A stretch of 45,365 nucleotides of DNA from an uncultured Oscillospiraceae bacterium (GTDB taxonomy: Bacteria; Bacillota; Clostridia; Oscillospirales; CAG-382), in contig CAZYFX010000001.1 of the NCBI GenBank assembly GCA_964646725.1, forward strand, positions 1 through 45,365. Direction: 5' to 3'. Within the stretch, counting starts at the first letter, position 1. Each line of letters opens with the position of its first letter. The notes under the pieces were generated by a model. It made no database searches. It worked only from the letters and a program-made list of their open reading frames with translations, and had not been told where the DNA came from. Positions 7,560 through 15,586 of the stretch are shown here, piece after piece. Position numbers and translations under genes: made by a program.

Positions 7560-10500
7560 TCAATATTTGGGAATAGCGGCCGTAAAGGTTTTTGTAAACG
7601 AGGAATCCAATGTAGTGCCGGGATAGTTTGTCTGTCTGTGGTAAACGCTTACCGACACGCTGGTGGTACCCGCCTCAACCGGTACGCTCACCCATGCCGT
7701 CGAAGCGGTTTTGGACGGCTGCGTCTTTATGTTCTCACTCCAGGTTCCCCAGGGAACAACAATCACTTCCGCGCTGCTTACGCCGCCGATGGTTGCCGTA
7801 ATGCGCTGCGAATTGTAGTTGTAGCCATAGTTTTCGGTGATCTGATCCGTCCAGGTGATTCTCATTTCGACGCTCGTCGCCGTTCTGTTTCGATATTCCG
7901 CCACTGCGGTATGAACCGTAATCGGCGATGTGTAGTGCTGTCCGGAAACCGACGTAAAGGCTACCGCCGTCGGCGTGTAATCAAATGTGATCGTTTTTGA
8001 CGTCGAATCCCAGGCAATCGTTTGAGCGGGCGGCGTGTCGTATCCGGAGATGGCCGGAGCCGAAATGGTATTTGTCGTACCGAACGCCCTTGTCGCCGTG
8101 TCCGACCCGAGACTTGTACCGTTGACGGATTTATAGACGATTGAGTATTGGTAGTAATTCACGCTTGCCGTAGCATAAATATCGTTTTCGGTGATGTTTC
8201 GGGTCACGGTTATGCTTGTTGCGCCCTTGGAAGCCAGCGTGTAGCCGGTGTTGGCTCCGTAGGAAACGCTTAAGACGTCACCGTAATACACGGTCGTGCC
8301 CGAGGAAATCGTGCCGGTCGATGCACCTGCAAGCGGCGAGGAGGTGCGCTTTACGGTGATGGAGGTGCCGGTCGATACCGACCAGGAAGCCGTGTAGGCA
8401 TTCACATTCGCCGTAGCATAAATATCGCTTGCGGTAATATTTCGGCTCACAGTTATGCTCGTTGCGCCTTTGGAAGCCAGCGTGTAGCCGGTGTTGGCAC
8501 CGTAGGAAACGCTCAAGACGTCACCGTAGTATAATACGGTCGTGCCCGAGGAGATCGTGCCGGTCGAAGCGCCTGCAAGCGGCGAGGAGGTGCGCTTTAC
8601 GGTGATGGACGTGCCGGTCGAGGATGACCAGGAAGCGGTATAGGAGTTGAGTGTCCAATGCGCGTACAACGTATGACGGCCCGCCACGGTTACTTTCGTT
8701 TCGGCTGTAACCTGCGTACCGCCGGTAGCGGATGTATACCAACCGTTAAAGGTGTAGCCGGTTCGGGTGGGTGTCGGTAAATCGCCGTAAGTGAAACCGC
8801 AGTATACGTTTTTGCTGCCCGTTGCGGTCGAACCGCCGTTTGGATCGAAGGAAACAGCACACACGCCCTTTACATAACCGGAAAACTGATCTTCGGTTAA
8901 CTGTATGATAGAACCGTCATTCACGGTCAAGTGTTGTTCACCCGTTATACTTCCGCAAAGATAAACATTACCGTAAATCTTCATAAAACCGACGGCACCG
9001 TCAACTTTTACGGATTCCAACACAGGGTTCTTTACAACGACTGCTTCTCCGTTTGTCGCCTTGAAAATGTTATCTCTGATCAACGTTATGTGAGGAGCGC
9101 TTGAAGGAAGCAACATAACATAACCATTGTTTTGGATGTTGACCGCATCGAACTTGATGTTGTCCGAAGACAAATCCAAAGGAACACAATCCTGATTTAC
9201 AATGGTAATTTCTTTTAAAGCAGTCAAATCGGCCTCCGATTTGATTTGCACATTTTTATATGTTTTATTGCCACCCTGCAATTCAAAGCTTTCCATTTCG
9301 GGAACGTCAAGCACGATATCTCCGTCCAGAATCGTGTCGGAAATATCGACAACTATGTTCTTTGCGCCGGAAGAAGCCACCGCATTCAAAAGATCAACCG
9401 TAATTGTCTTTGCATACTGCTTTCTTTCCGCCGCACTGCCGTTCGGCAACTGTTCTTTGGCATATTTTAATGCCTTAGCCTCGTTGAGCGCACGCACCGA
9501 CAGCTTCGGAGCACCGGCAAAAGCGTCTTCTCCGACATGCACTACACCGGAGGAAAGATTGAATTTTGTTAAACTCTCACATCCGCTGAACGCCTCGTCG
9601 CCGATCTTGGTAAAGTAACCCGATACGCTTTCGAGTTTTTTGCAATTCCGGAATGTACCGTTCGGGATTTCGTCGATTCCGTCACCCAAAATAACGGCTC
9701 TCACATCCGTTCCCTCAAACGCACCGGCCTTTATACCCGTTACTCTGTAGGAAGTGCCGTTTGATGTCACATACGAAGGAACGATTACATCCGCATCTTC
9801 TCCCGTATAGCCTGTTATTGTGGCTGTTTTATCGGCCGTATTGGTGGTATACTCAATTCCTTCGGTTATAACGGTTTTGCTGTTTACATATTCGTAAACC
9901 GCATACGGAATTTCAAAAGGAAGTACGCCGTTTTCACAATCGTTAAAGGCAAGGTCCGGAGCATAGTCGAGAAATTCGTACGTTTTATCGTCCTGTACAC
10001 TGTATGTATATGTAAAGTACGATTTTGTAGCTACATCGTAGCCCACAATGCCGAAAACATGAAACGTTCCGGCAAGAACAAGCCGATAACAGCCGTCGCT
10101 TTTGCCGTCGGTGGAATACTCCGTTGTGGTTATTGTTTTTTTCGCGGTCGAATAGGTAACGGTCGAAGAGGTATCAACGCTCTTACTGGAGGTGTTACTC
10201 ATTCCAAACGCTTCGCTTCCCGAACCGCCGTATGCATAGGATTGACCATATTCTTTTTCCGTGCTGATTACCTGTGACAAGATCTTGCTGACAGAAGAAC
10301 TCTGGCTTGCCGCTTGGGTGTTTTGCTTTGAAGTCGAGTTATTCCAGGTAGATGTGCTGGAAGATACAGTTGTGTCAACTTTGGTCGTATCGGTCCCCGA
10401 ATGCTCACTTACTGAGTCATTACCATAATTACCGTAACCCACGCTTCCGCTGATTTCAAATTTGCTAGTATTCTTAACGCCTCCGCTAGTTTCCACAATA

Positions 10501-12509
10501 CCCGCGTTTGCTTTTACTTCGGCCGATACTTCAGTTGAATTTGAGTATTTTCCACCAACCTCAACATCGAAATTTTGACCTTTTTCTTCCGTTTTGTTTT
10601 TACTATCGTATGTAAGGGTAGTTGTTCCGTCGGTCGTGCTGGTAGATTCGTTTCCACCTGTAGACGATGTCACCAAATATGTATTGGAAGACGATGTCAC
10701 TAATTCTTCCGCTTCTTCCTTGGTTAATCCGTTTTCTTCTGCCCAGGTTTCGTTCACTTCGGTAACCTGTTCCCAGTCACTGGCCAACGTCCATGTGCTT
10801 GAGTCTGTAGTCGCCGTATTAATGCTTGTACTGATATTTTTCGCGCAGGTCTCCGTTGTGCTTAACTCTACGGTTTCGGATTTTTTCTGTGCCAATCCCG
10901 CTACCGCCTGAATCGTCCACACCGCCTCGGACATCGGAACATTTTCAATCGTTCCGAGTTCATACGCAAAGTAAATAACATTGTTGGTCGTATCTTCGCA
11001 AATGATCGGGTTCTTCAAGGGGACACTCTTGGCTAAATTCCGTTTGCTGGTCCAGTACGCATTCAGCGTAATGTCACCCACCGTTCCGGCCGGAATACTT
11101 GTTACCTCTTTACCGTCATCCGTATACCATCCCAAAAATACATAGTTGTATATTTCCGGATTCGGAAGATCCTTCAAGCCCTTGCTTACGGTAAAATGCA
11201 AATACTTTTCGTCGGTTATTTCTCCGAGAGGCGTTTGATACAGCTTATAGGTGACATCGTAAGATATTTCTTCCCAATGCGCATATAATTTATAGTTTTT
11301 CTTGCTACCTTGCGGAATTTCCGTGATCTTTACAAAATCCTCCGCCGACTGATTTAACGACCAGCCTCGGAATTTATATCCGTCTGCGGAAAGGTCTACC
11401 AGTTCGATCGAGCCATTGGCCGTATCTTCTTCGGTATACGTCTTTTTGTTCGGGTTACTTACGCCGACTGTTTCCAAATAAGCATTATTGATCACATATT
11501 CGATCATATATCCCGTCAAAGGAGCAATCTCCTGCGGTTTAACAAGGATTTCTCCGCAAACAGAGCACCGTTTACCTTCCGTATAGCCGACTTCCGTAGC
11601 CGTAGGCTTCACGGCAGGGATCGTTTCCTCCGTATGCCCCGTTGCCGCAATCACCGTATCCTCTTGTGTGATTTCGTTCTTAGCCGCCATATCGCCGAAC
11701 AGTTTGTTGCAGTCGTCGCACATCCAATAGGCTGTATGCCCTTTTTCCGTACACGTTGCTTTGACGGCCGCAACAGCCGTTAACGAGGTGTGCTTGCATC
11801 GAGGGGTATGCGGAAGCAGTTCCACATTGTACCCGCCCGCTCTGAAACGGCGAATCAAGGAAATATCAACGGTATTGATCTTGTCATCATCGTTTACATC
11901 TGCGGCATCTTCAAAGATTGTCACATCGTAGCCGCCGGCGCGGTATCTTCGCAACCACGTTATGTCGACCGTATTAACCGTGTTGTCCCGATTCACGTCT
12001 CCCGGTTTGTAATCGATTACGTTCACGTAACCGGACAGTACCTTCGGAGAGATCGGCCGGAAGTTTTCGTCCACAATGTCTCCGTCGTCGTACGATATGC
12101 TTACATTCAATTTGTCGTAGCGCTTCGTATCTTCACTGACAGCAAAAGTCAGCTTTAAAATCGTGCCGTCTTCGGTCGCGGGGGTCTCTTGACCGTCCCA
12201 CACAAAATTGCACGGTGACGTCAAGACACCCGGAGCGGTAAATACAAGCTCGGAAAAGGCGTCCCCCGCCGATACTTCGGTCAGTGTTAATTTCGGATCG
12301 TATTCCAATGTCAGAATTGTACCCATAATACCGGGGTTGTTTTCCACATTGATTTCTACTGTGACGCTCTGTCCCGGAGCGCCGTAATGACCGTCAACCG
12401 AAAAGGTCGGAACAGCCGACGTTTCCGTACCTGCGGCCAAAACCTGTACGGGCAGCACGGAAACAATCATCAGGACCGTAAGCAATGCCGCCATGATTCT
12501 TTTTGTCAT
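7560..12509 (-). CDS. Giant secreted cohesin-dockerin surface protein (1649 aa)
   Basis: GAGGAG RBS. Signal peptide MTKRIMAALLTVLMIVSVLPVQVLAAG. Domain order: cohesin, dockerin, Cys-rich module, Listeria-Bacteroides (InlB B) repeats (GYKFRGW, FLGWYT, GYTFNGWYT), a long S/T-rich region, BspA-type LRR (AFEGT..., FRNCKKLESV, AFSGCESLTKF, AFAGAPKL), then two near-identical 81/82-aa repeats. No LPXTG motif. Confidence 0.9.
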   Translation of the reverse strand: MTKRIMAALLTVLMIVSVLPVQVLAAGTETSAVPTFSVDGHYGAPGQSVTVEINVENNPGIMGTILTLEYDPKLTLTEVSAGDAFSELVFTAPGVLTSPCNFVWDGQETPATEDGTILKLTFAVSEDTKRYDKLNVSISYDDGDIVDENFRPISPKVLSGYVNVIDYKPGDVNRDNTVNTVDITWLRRYRAGGYDVTIFEDAADVNDDDKINTVDISLIRRFRAGGYNVELLPHTPRCKHTSLTAVAAVKATCTEKGHTAYWMCDDCNKLFGDMAAKNEITQEDTVIAATGHTEETIPAVKPTATEVGYTEGKRCSVCGEILVKPQEIAPLTGYMIEYVINNAYLETVGVSNPNKKTYTEEDTANGSIELVDLSADGYKFRGWSLNQSAEDFVKITEIPQGSKKNYKLYAHWEEISYDVTYKLYQTPLGEITDEKYLHFTVSKGLKDLPNPEIYNYVFLGWYTDDGKEVTSIPAGTVGDITLNAYWTSKRNLAKSVPLKNPIICEDTTNNVIYFAYELGTIENVPMSEAVWTIQAVAGLAQKKSETVELSTTETCAKNISTSINTATTDSSTWTLASDWEQVTEVNETWAEENGLTKEEAEELVTSSSNTYLVTSSTGGNESTSTTDGTTTLTYDSKNKTEEKGQNFDVEVGGKYSNSTEVSAEVKANAGIVETSGGVKNTSKFEISGSVGYGNYGNDSVSEHSGTDTTKVDTTVSSSTSTWNNSTSKQNTQAASQSSSVSKILSQVISTEKEYGQSYAYGGSGSEAFGMSNTSSKSVDTSSTVTYSTAKKTITTTEYSTDGKSDGCYRLVLAGTFHVFGIVGYDVATKSYFTYTYSVQDDKTYEFLDYAPDLAFNDCENGVLPFEIPYAVYEYVNSKTVITEGIEYTTNTADKTATITGYTGEDADVIVPSYVTSNGTSYRVTGIKAGAFEGTDVRAVILGDGIDEIPNGTFRNCKKLESVSGYFTKIGDEAFSGCESLTKFNLSSGVVHVGEDAFAGAPKLSVRALNEAKALKYAKEQLPNGSAAERKQYAKTITVDLLNAVASSGAKNIVVDISDTILDGDIVLDVPEMESFELQGGNKTYKNVQIKSEADLTALKEITIVNQDCVPLDLSSDNIKFDAVNIQNNGYVMLLPSSAPHITLIRDNIFKATNGEAVVVKNPVLESVKVDGAVGFMKIYGNVYLCGSITGEQHLTVNDGSIIQLTEDQFSGYVKGVCAVSFDPNGGSTATGSKNVYCGFTYGDLPTPTRTGYTFNGWYTSATGGTQVTAETKVTVAGRHTLYAHWTLNSYTASWSSSTGTSITVKRTSSPLAGASTGTISSGTTVLYYGDVLSVSYGANTGYTLASKGATSITVSRNITASDIYATANVNAYTASWSVSTGTSITVKRTSSPLAGASTGTISSGTTVYYGDVLSVSYGANTGYTLASKGATSITVTRNITENDIYATASVNYYQYSIVYKSVNGTSLGSDTATRAFGTTNTISAPAISGYDTPPAQTIAWDSTSKTITFDYTPTAVAFTSVSGQHYTSPITVHTAVAEYRNRTATSVEMRITWTDQITENYGYNYNSQRITATIGGVSSAEVIVVPWGTWSENIKTQPSKTASTAWVSVPVEAGTTSVSVSVYHRQTNYPGTTLDSSFTKTFTAAIPKY
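8157..8645 (-). repeat. Tandem in-frame duplication (243 + 246 nt) inside the giant surface protein
   Basis: YTASWS(S/V)STGTSITVKRTSSPLAGASTGTISSGTTV(L)YYGDVLSVSYGANTGYTLASKGATSITV occurs twice back to back. By hand alignment roughly nine of ten nucleotides are identical, with perfect runs of 27 and 38 nt. Confidence 0.9.
11817..12005 (-). other. Dockerin module (residues ~169-231 of the 1649-aa protein)
   Basis: Duplicated Ca-binding loop plus helix: GDVNRDNTVNTVDITWLRRYRAGG and ADVNDDDKINTVDISLIRRFRAGG. Confidence 0.85.
12018..12413 (-). other. Cohesin module A (residues ~33-164)
   Basis: PTFSVDG..GAPGQSVTVEINVENNPGIMGTILTLEYDPKLTL...GDAFSEL...CNFVWDG...DGTILKLTFAVS...YDDGDIVDENF aligns with the modules at 12535-12933 and 13858-14256 and matches the general cohesin pattern. 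Confidence 0.75.
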
Positions 12510-12531
12510 TATCTTATCTCCTCACTGTTTT

Positions 12532-13824
12532 TTATTGTACGGTGATCCTACCGCCAACAAGTGTAACATCCAATTCTTCAAAGTTTTCATCTACAAGATC
12601 TCCCGGCAAATAAGAGCATTCGATCTCGTATTTGTCTCCCTTGACAGCCTTGTCGGATACGGCAAACGTAAGTGTGAGTATCACTCCGTCTGTTTTCGCA
12701 GGCTCATCCAAACCATCCCAAACAAAATTGCAGTTTGTAACAAATTTTCCGGGCTTGGTCATTTCCAATTCTGAGAAAGCATCCCCTTTTTGCGCATCTG
12801 TCAAAGTCAGTGCTTCATCAAATCGGAAATTCAAAACCGCCCCGAGAATCTTCGGGCTGTTACATATTCTGATCGAAACCTCCACGCTTTCTCCCGCTTT
12901 CGCCGAAGCGCCGTCCACAACGATCGTAGGCTCGCTATAATTCGTGCTTTCCTTTCGATCTTCGGAATTGTTTTTGCCGGTTTCGTCGGTTTTGTCCGAT
13001 TCGCCTTTCACTTCATCCCATTCACCGATGTTTTCATCTTTGTCGATTTCGGTTTTCTGCGCGGGCTCTTTCCCGATATTGCCGCTTTCGCCCGACATTC
13101 CTCCGCCTTGTGTGTCTTCTTCCGAAGCACCACCGTTTTCCGTTTCTTCCGATTCATTCGGTACAACCGCTTCGGATATTTCGAAGAGCTTATCCAAGCG
13201 CATAAAGATCGTTGCCGCCTGCGCTCTTGTGGCTTTTCCCTGCGGTTCGAGCGTCGTTGCGGTCATGCCTCGGAGCAGCCCCTTTTCGTAAGCCCAGGAC
13301 ATCGCTTCCAGAGCATAGGTTCGGATTTTGTCACTGTCTTCAAACACGGATAAATCCGCCGTTTCCGCATTGGCGATCACATCCGATCTTTTGGTCTTCG
13401 CATACCGATACAAAATTGTAGCAAGCTGCTCTCTTGTTATTTCATCATTCGGCGCAAAGATATCTTGACCGTATCCGTTGACAATGCCGTTTTCGAACGC
13501 CCATTGTATCGGAGCATAATAATAATCCGTATTCTTCACATCGGTAAATCCGAGTTCGCCGCTCACCGCGGGACTTCCTTCCGATCGATAGATAACCGTC
13601 ACGATCATCCCTCGGGTGATGCTTCTTTGCGGTTCGAATGTCGTTTCCGTCATTCCGTTCATCAAGCCCTTGTTTCTAACAAACGCCACGCTTTCCGCAA
13701 ACCATTCGGTTGACGGGACATCCGTAAACCGAACCTCTGTACCGTCCGCAAAGCAAAGAAAAGCACTCATGCACACAAGCACGGTCACAACGGAAAATAT
13801 CCGCCGTTTCATTTTCTTTTTCAA
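12532..13824 (-). CDS. Cell-wall anchoring scaffoldin-like protein: signal peptide, 3 x SLH, acidic linker, C-terminal cohesin
   Basis: TTG start (alternative ATG at 13812). The three SLH repeats begin at FTDVPSTEWFAESVAFVRNKGLMNG, FTDVKNTDYYYAPIQWAFENGIVNG and FEDSDKIRTYALEAMSWAYEKGLLRG. A D/E/K/G-rich linker follows, then the cohesin. Confidence 0.9.
   Translation of the reverse strand: MKKKMKRRIFSVVTVLVCMSAFLCFADGTEVRFTDVPSTEWFAESVAFVRNKGLMNGMTETTFEPQRSITRGMIVTVIYRSEGSPAVSGELGFTDVKNTDYYYAPIQWAFENGIVNGYGQDIFAPNDEITREQLATILYRYAKTKRSDVIANAETADLSVFEDSDKIRTYALEAMSWAYEKGLLRGMTATTLEPQGKATRAQAATIFMRLDKLFEISEAVVPNESEETENGGASEEDTQGGGMSGESGNIGKEPAQKTEIDKDENIGEWDEVKGESDKTDETGKNNSEDRKESTNYSEPTIVVDGASAKAGESVEVSIRICNSPKILGAVLNFRFDEALTLTDAQKGDAFSELEMTKPGKFVTNCNFVWDGLDEPAKTDGVILTLTFAVSDKAVKGDKYEIECSYLPGDLVDENFEELDVTLVGGRITVQ
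12535..12933 (-). other. Cohesin module B (residues ~298-430)
   Basis: PTIVVDGASAKAGESVEVSIRICNSPKILGAVLNFRFDEALTL...GDAFSELEMTKPG...NCNFVWDG...DGVILTLTFAVS...GDLVDENF. Confidence 0.75.
13189..13731 (-). other. Triple SLH (S-layer homology) region
   Basis: Three ~55-60 aa repeats with the FxDV...W...(A/V)...G(I/L)(M/V/L)xG...F.P...(I/A)TR(G/E/A)(M/Q) pattern. Confidence 0.85.
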
Positions 13825-13854
13825 GATCGTACCCCCATGTTTTTTTTATCGCTT

Positions 13855-15564
13855 TTACCGAACCGTAACTTTTCCGGCTACCAAATCCAAATCGGTTGCC
13901 GCAAAATTGCTGTCAACAACGTCACCGTCCGCATAAGAACAGCTGATATTCAGTTCATCTCCCACTTCGGCCGTATCGGAAACCTTAAATACAAGCTTTA
14001 AGATTTCGCCGTCTTTGGTTGCGGGCGTTGCCTGCCCGTCCCACAAAAAATTGCAGGGCGACACCAACGAACCGGGCGGTGTCATCACAAATTCATCAAA
14101 CGCACTGCCGGCACTTGATGATACAAGCGTCAACTTGGGATCAAAATTAAAGGTAAGAATAGCACCAAACAGACCGGGATTTTTCTTGATTTCTACCGAA
14201 ACCTCCACCTGCTCGCCGACCCCGGCCGTTGCATTTCCCACAACGAAGGTCGGAGTTGTATATGTCACTTCGTTCTTTTGATACACGGCCGTTACGGTCA
14301 TACTTTCCGTTACGCGGTCAAACGTTTTATCCCAGCCGGTAAAGGTATATCCGTCTCGCGTGGGATTCGAAGGCGCCGTTGCCGTTTTACCCGAAGCGAC
14401 GGTATCCGTACCGAGAACCTTTCCGTCGTGATCTTTAAAGGTCACGGTATAGTAGGTGGTTTTGGCAAAATGAATCTCTGCATTGATAAGGGCATCATTT
14501 CCCGTTCCGATGGCATCCAAAAGGACTTTCCACTCTTCCTCGGAACCTTCATAGTAAACATCGGTCAAAGAGGTGCAGCCGTTAAATGCTTTGCGTCCGA
14601 TTTCCGTAACCGTCACGGGAACGGTTACGGAGGTAATCGCCTCGTTGGCAAAAGCGGAAGAATCGACGGATGTAACGGTGTCTCCGGCAGGAGAAAGTGT
14701 GGGAATGATCAGTTCCGTATCTGTGCAGGTTCCCATTCCTACAAGGCAGCAAGTGCCGTCGCCGTTCGAATCAAAGGAAAGCCCAACGGACTGCTTTTGA
14801 TAAACCGCCGTATAAACTTCATTGCGTGTTCCTACCGTAACGGAAGCTCGGGCGGTACGGGCAACCGTGTCACCGGCCTTATTTACCCAATGAGAAAAAG
14901 AGACACCCTTGTCATCGACGGTCGGAGCAATCAAATTTACCTTTTCGCTTTCGAGGTAAAGCCCATGATCGCATAAATCATCGATTACCCCTCCGACGAC
15001 CTTGACCTGATAAAAATCGTTTGTGGCAAGTCTTGCGGTTTTGTAGTCAAAATACTTTTGTGCATTCGCACCGTATACAAGCATGGAAGAAAGCAAGGTC
15101 TTGAGTGTTTCATCTGTCGAAGCTGTTGCCGTTTTTCCCAACTTGCTGTAAACGTATTCGAGAATACTGTACTTTTCAACCTTACTGTAATACGCTGTGC
15201 CATCTACAACCGTATACGCACGGGCATACACAACATCCGTCATTTGCTTTGCGGCAAGCGACGTATAGTCGTAGATTTTATAGGAAGCATCGTTTATTTG
15301 TTGAGTACCGACAGTTTTCAATTCAGCGACATGTGTTCCGTACAGATATTTATCGGAAGGCGCATCCCACAGCAAAAGAATTGTTTCTTCCGAACTGTCC
15401 GACGAAACGGCATATTTTATGCACACATTGTCTCGGAATGAAAGATTGCAATATTGAATGCTCATTTCGGGAGTTTCGACGGCTGCTTCGGCAAAAATCG
15501 CCACGCCGAGCACGAATACAGCCACAAACGACATTACCGCCAGTCTTTTTAATGTTTTTTTCAT
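13855..15564 (-). CDS. Secreted protein: unknown N-terminal domain, BspA-type LRR, Listeria-Bacteroides repeat, C-terminal cohesin (569 aa)
   Basis: GAAGGAGA RBS. Signal peptide MKKTLKRLAVMSFVAVFVLGVAIFAEA. LRR motifs SSAFANEAITSVTVP and KAFNGCTSLTDVYYEGSEEEW. B-repeat motifs YTVTFKDHDGKVLG and GYTFTGWDK. Cohesin at the C-terminus. Confidence 0.9.
   Translation of the reverse strand: MKKTLKRLAVMSFVAVFVLGVAIFAEAAVETPEMSIQYCNLSFRDNVCIKYAVSSDSSEETILLLWDAPSDKYLYGTHVAELKTVGTQQINDASYKIYDYTSLAAKQMTDVVYARAYTVVDGTAYYSKVEKYSILEYVYSKLGKTATASTDETLKTLLSSMLVYGANAQKYFDYKTARLATNDFYQVKVVGGVIDDLCDHGLYLESEKVNLIAPTVDDKGVSFSHWVNKAGDTVARTARASVTVGTRNEVYTAVYQKQSVGLSFDSNGDGTCCLVGMGTCTDTELIIPTLSPAGDTVTSVDSSAFANEAITSVTVPVTVTEIGRKAFNGCTSLTDVYYEGSEEEWKVLLDAIGTGNDALINAEIHFAKTTYYTVTFKDHDGKVLGTDTVASGKTATAPSNPTRDGYTFTGWDKTFDRVTESMTVTAVYQKNEVTYTTPTFVVGNATAGVGEQVEVSVEIKKNPGLFGAILTFNFDPKLTLVSSSAGSAFDEFVMTPPGSLVSPCNFLWDGQATPATKDGEILKLVFKVSDTAEVGDELNISCSYADGDVVDSNFAATDLDLVAGKVTVR
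13858..14256 (-). other. Cohesin module C (residues 437-569)
   Basis: TPTFVVGNATAGVGEQVEVSVEIKKNPGLFGAILTFNFDPKLTL...GSAFDEF...CNFLWDGQATPATKDGEILKLVFKVS...YADGDVVDSNF. It is closest to module A. Confidence 0.75.
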
Positions 15565-15586
15565 TTAACATTCTCCTTCTTTCGTT

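Noticed and set aside
10050-10110. MACPF-like signature (AGTFHVFGIVGY) in the giant protein
   Set aside because: The MACPF signature is (Y/W)-G-(T/S)-H-(F/Y)-x6-G-G. This sequence has F-H in swapped order and no terminal GG, so the resemblance is too weak to call. Only the general question about the unassigned region is kept as a low-confidence finding.
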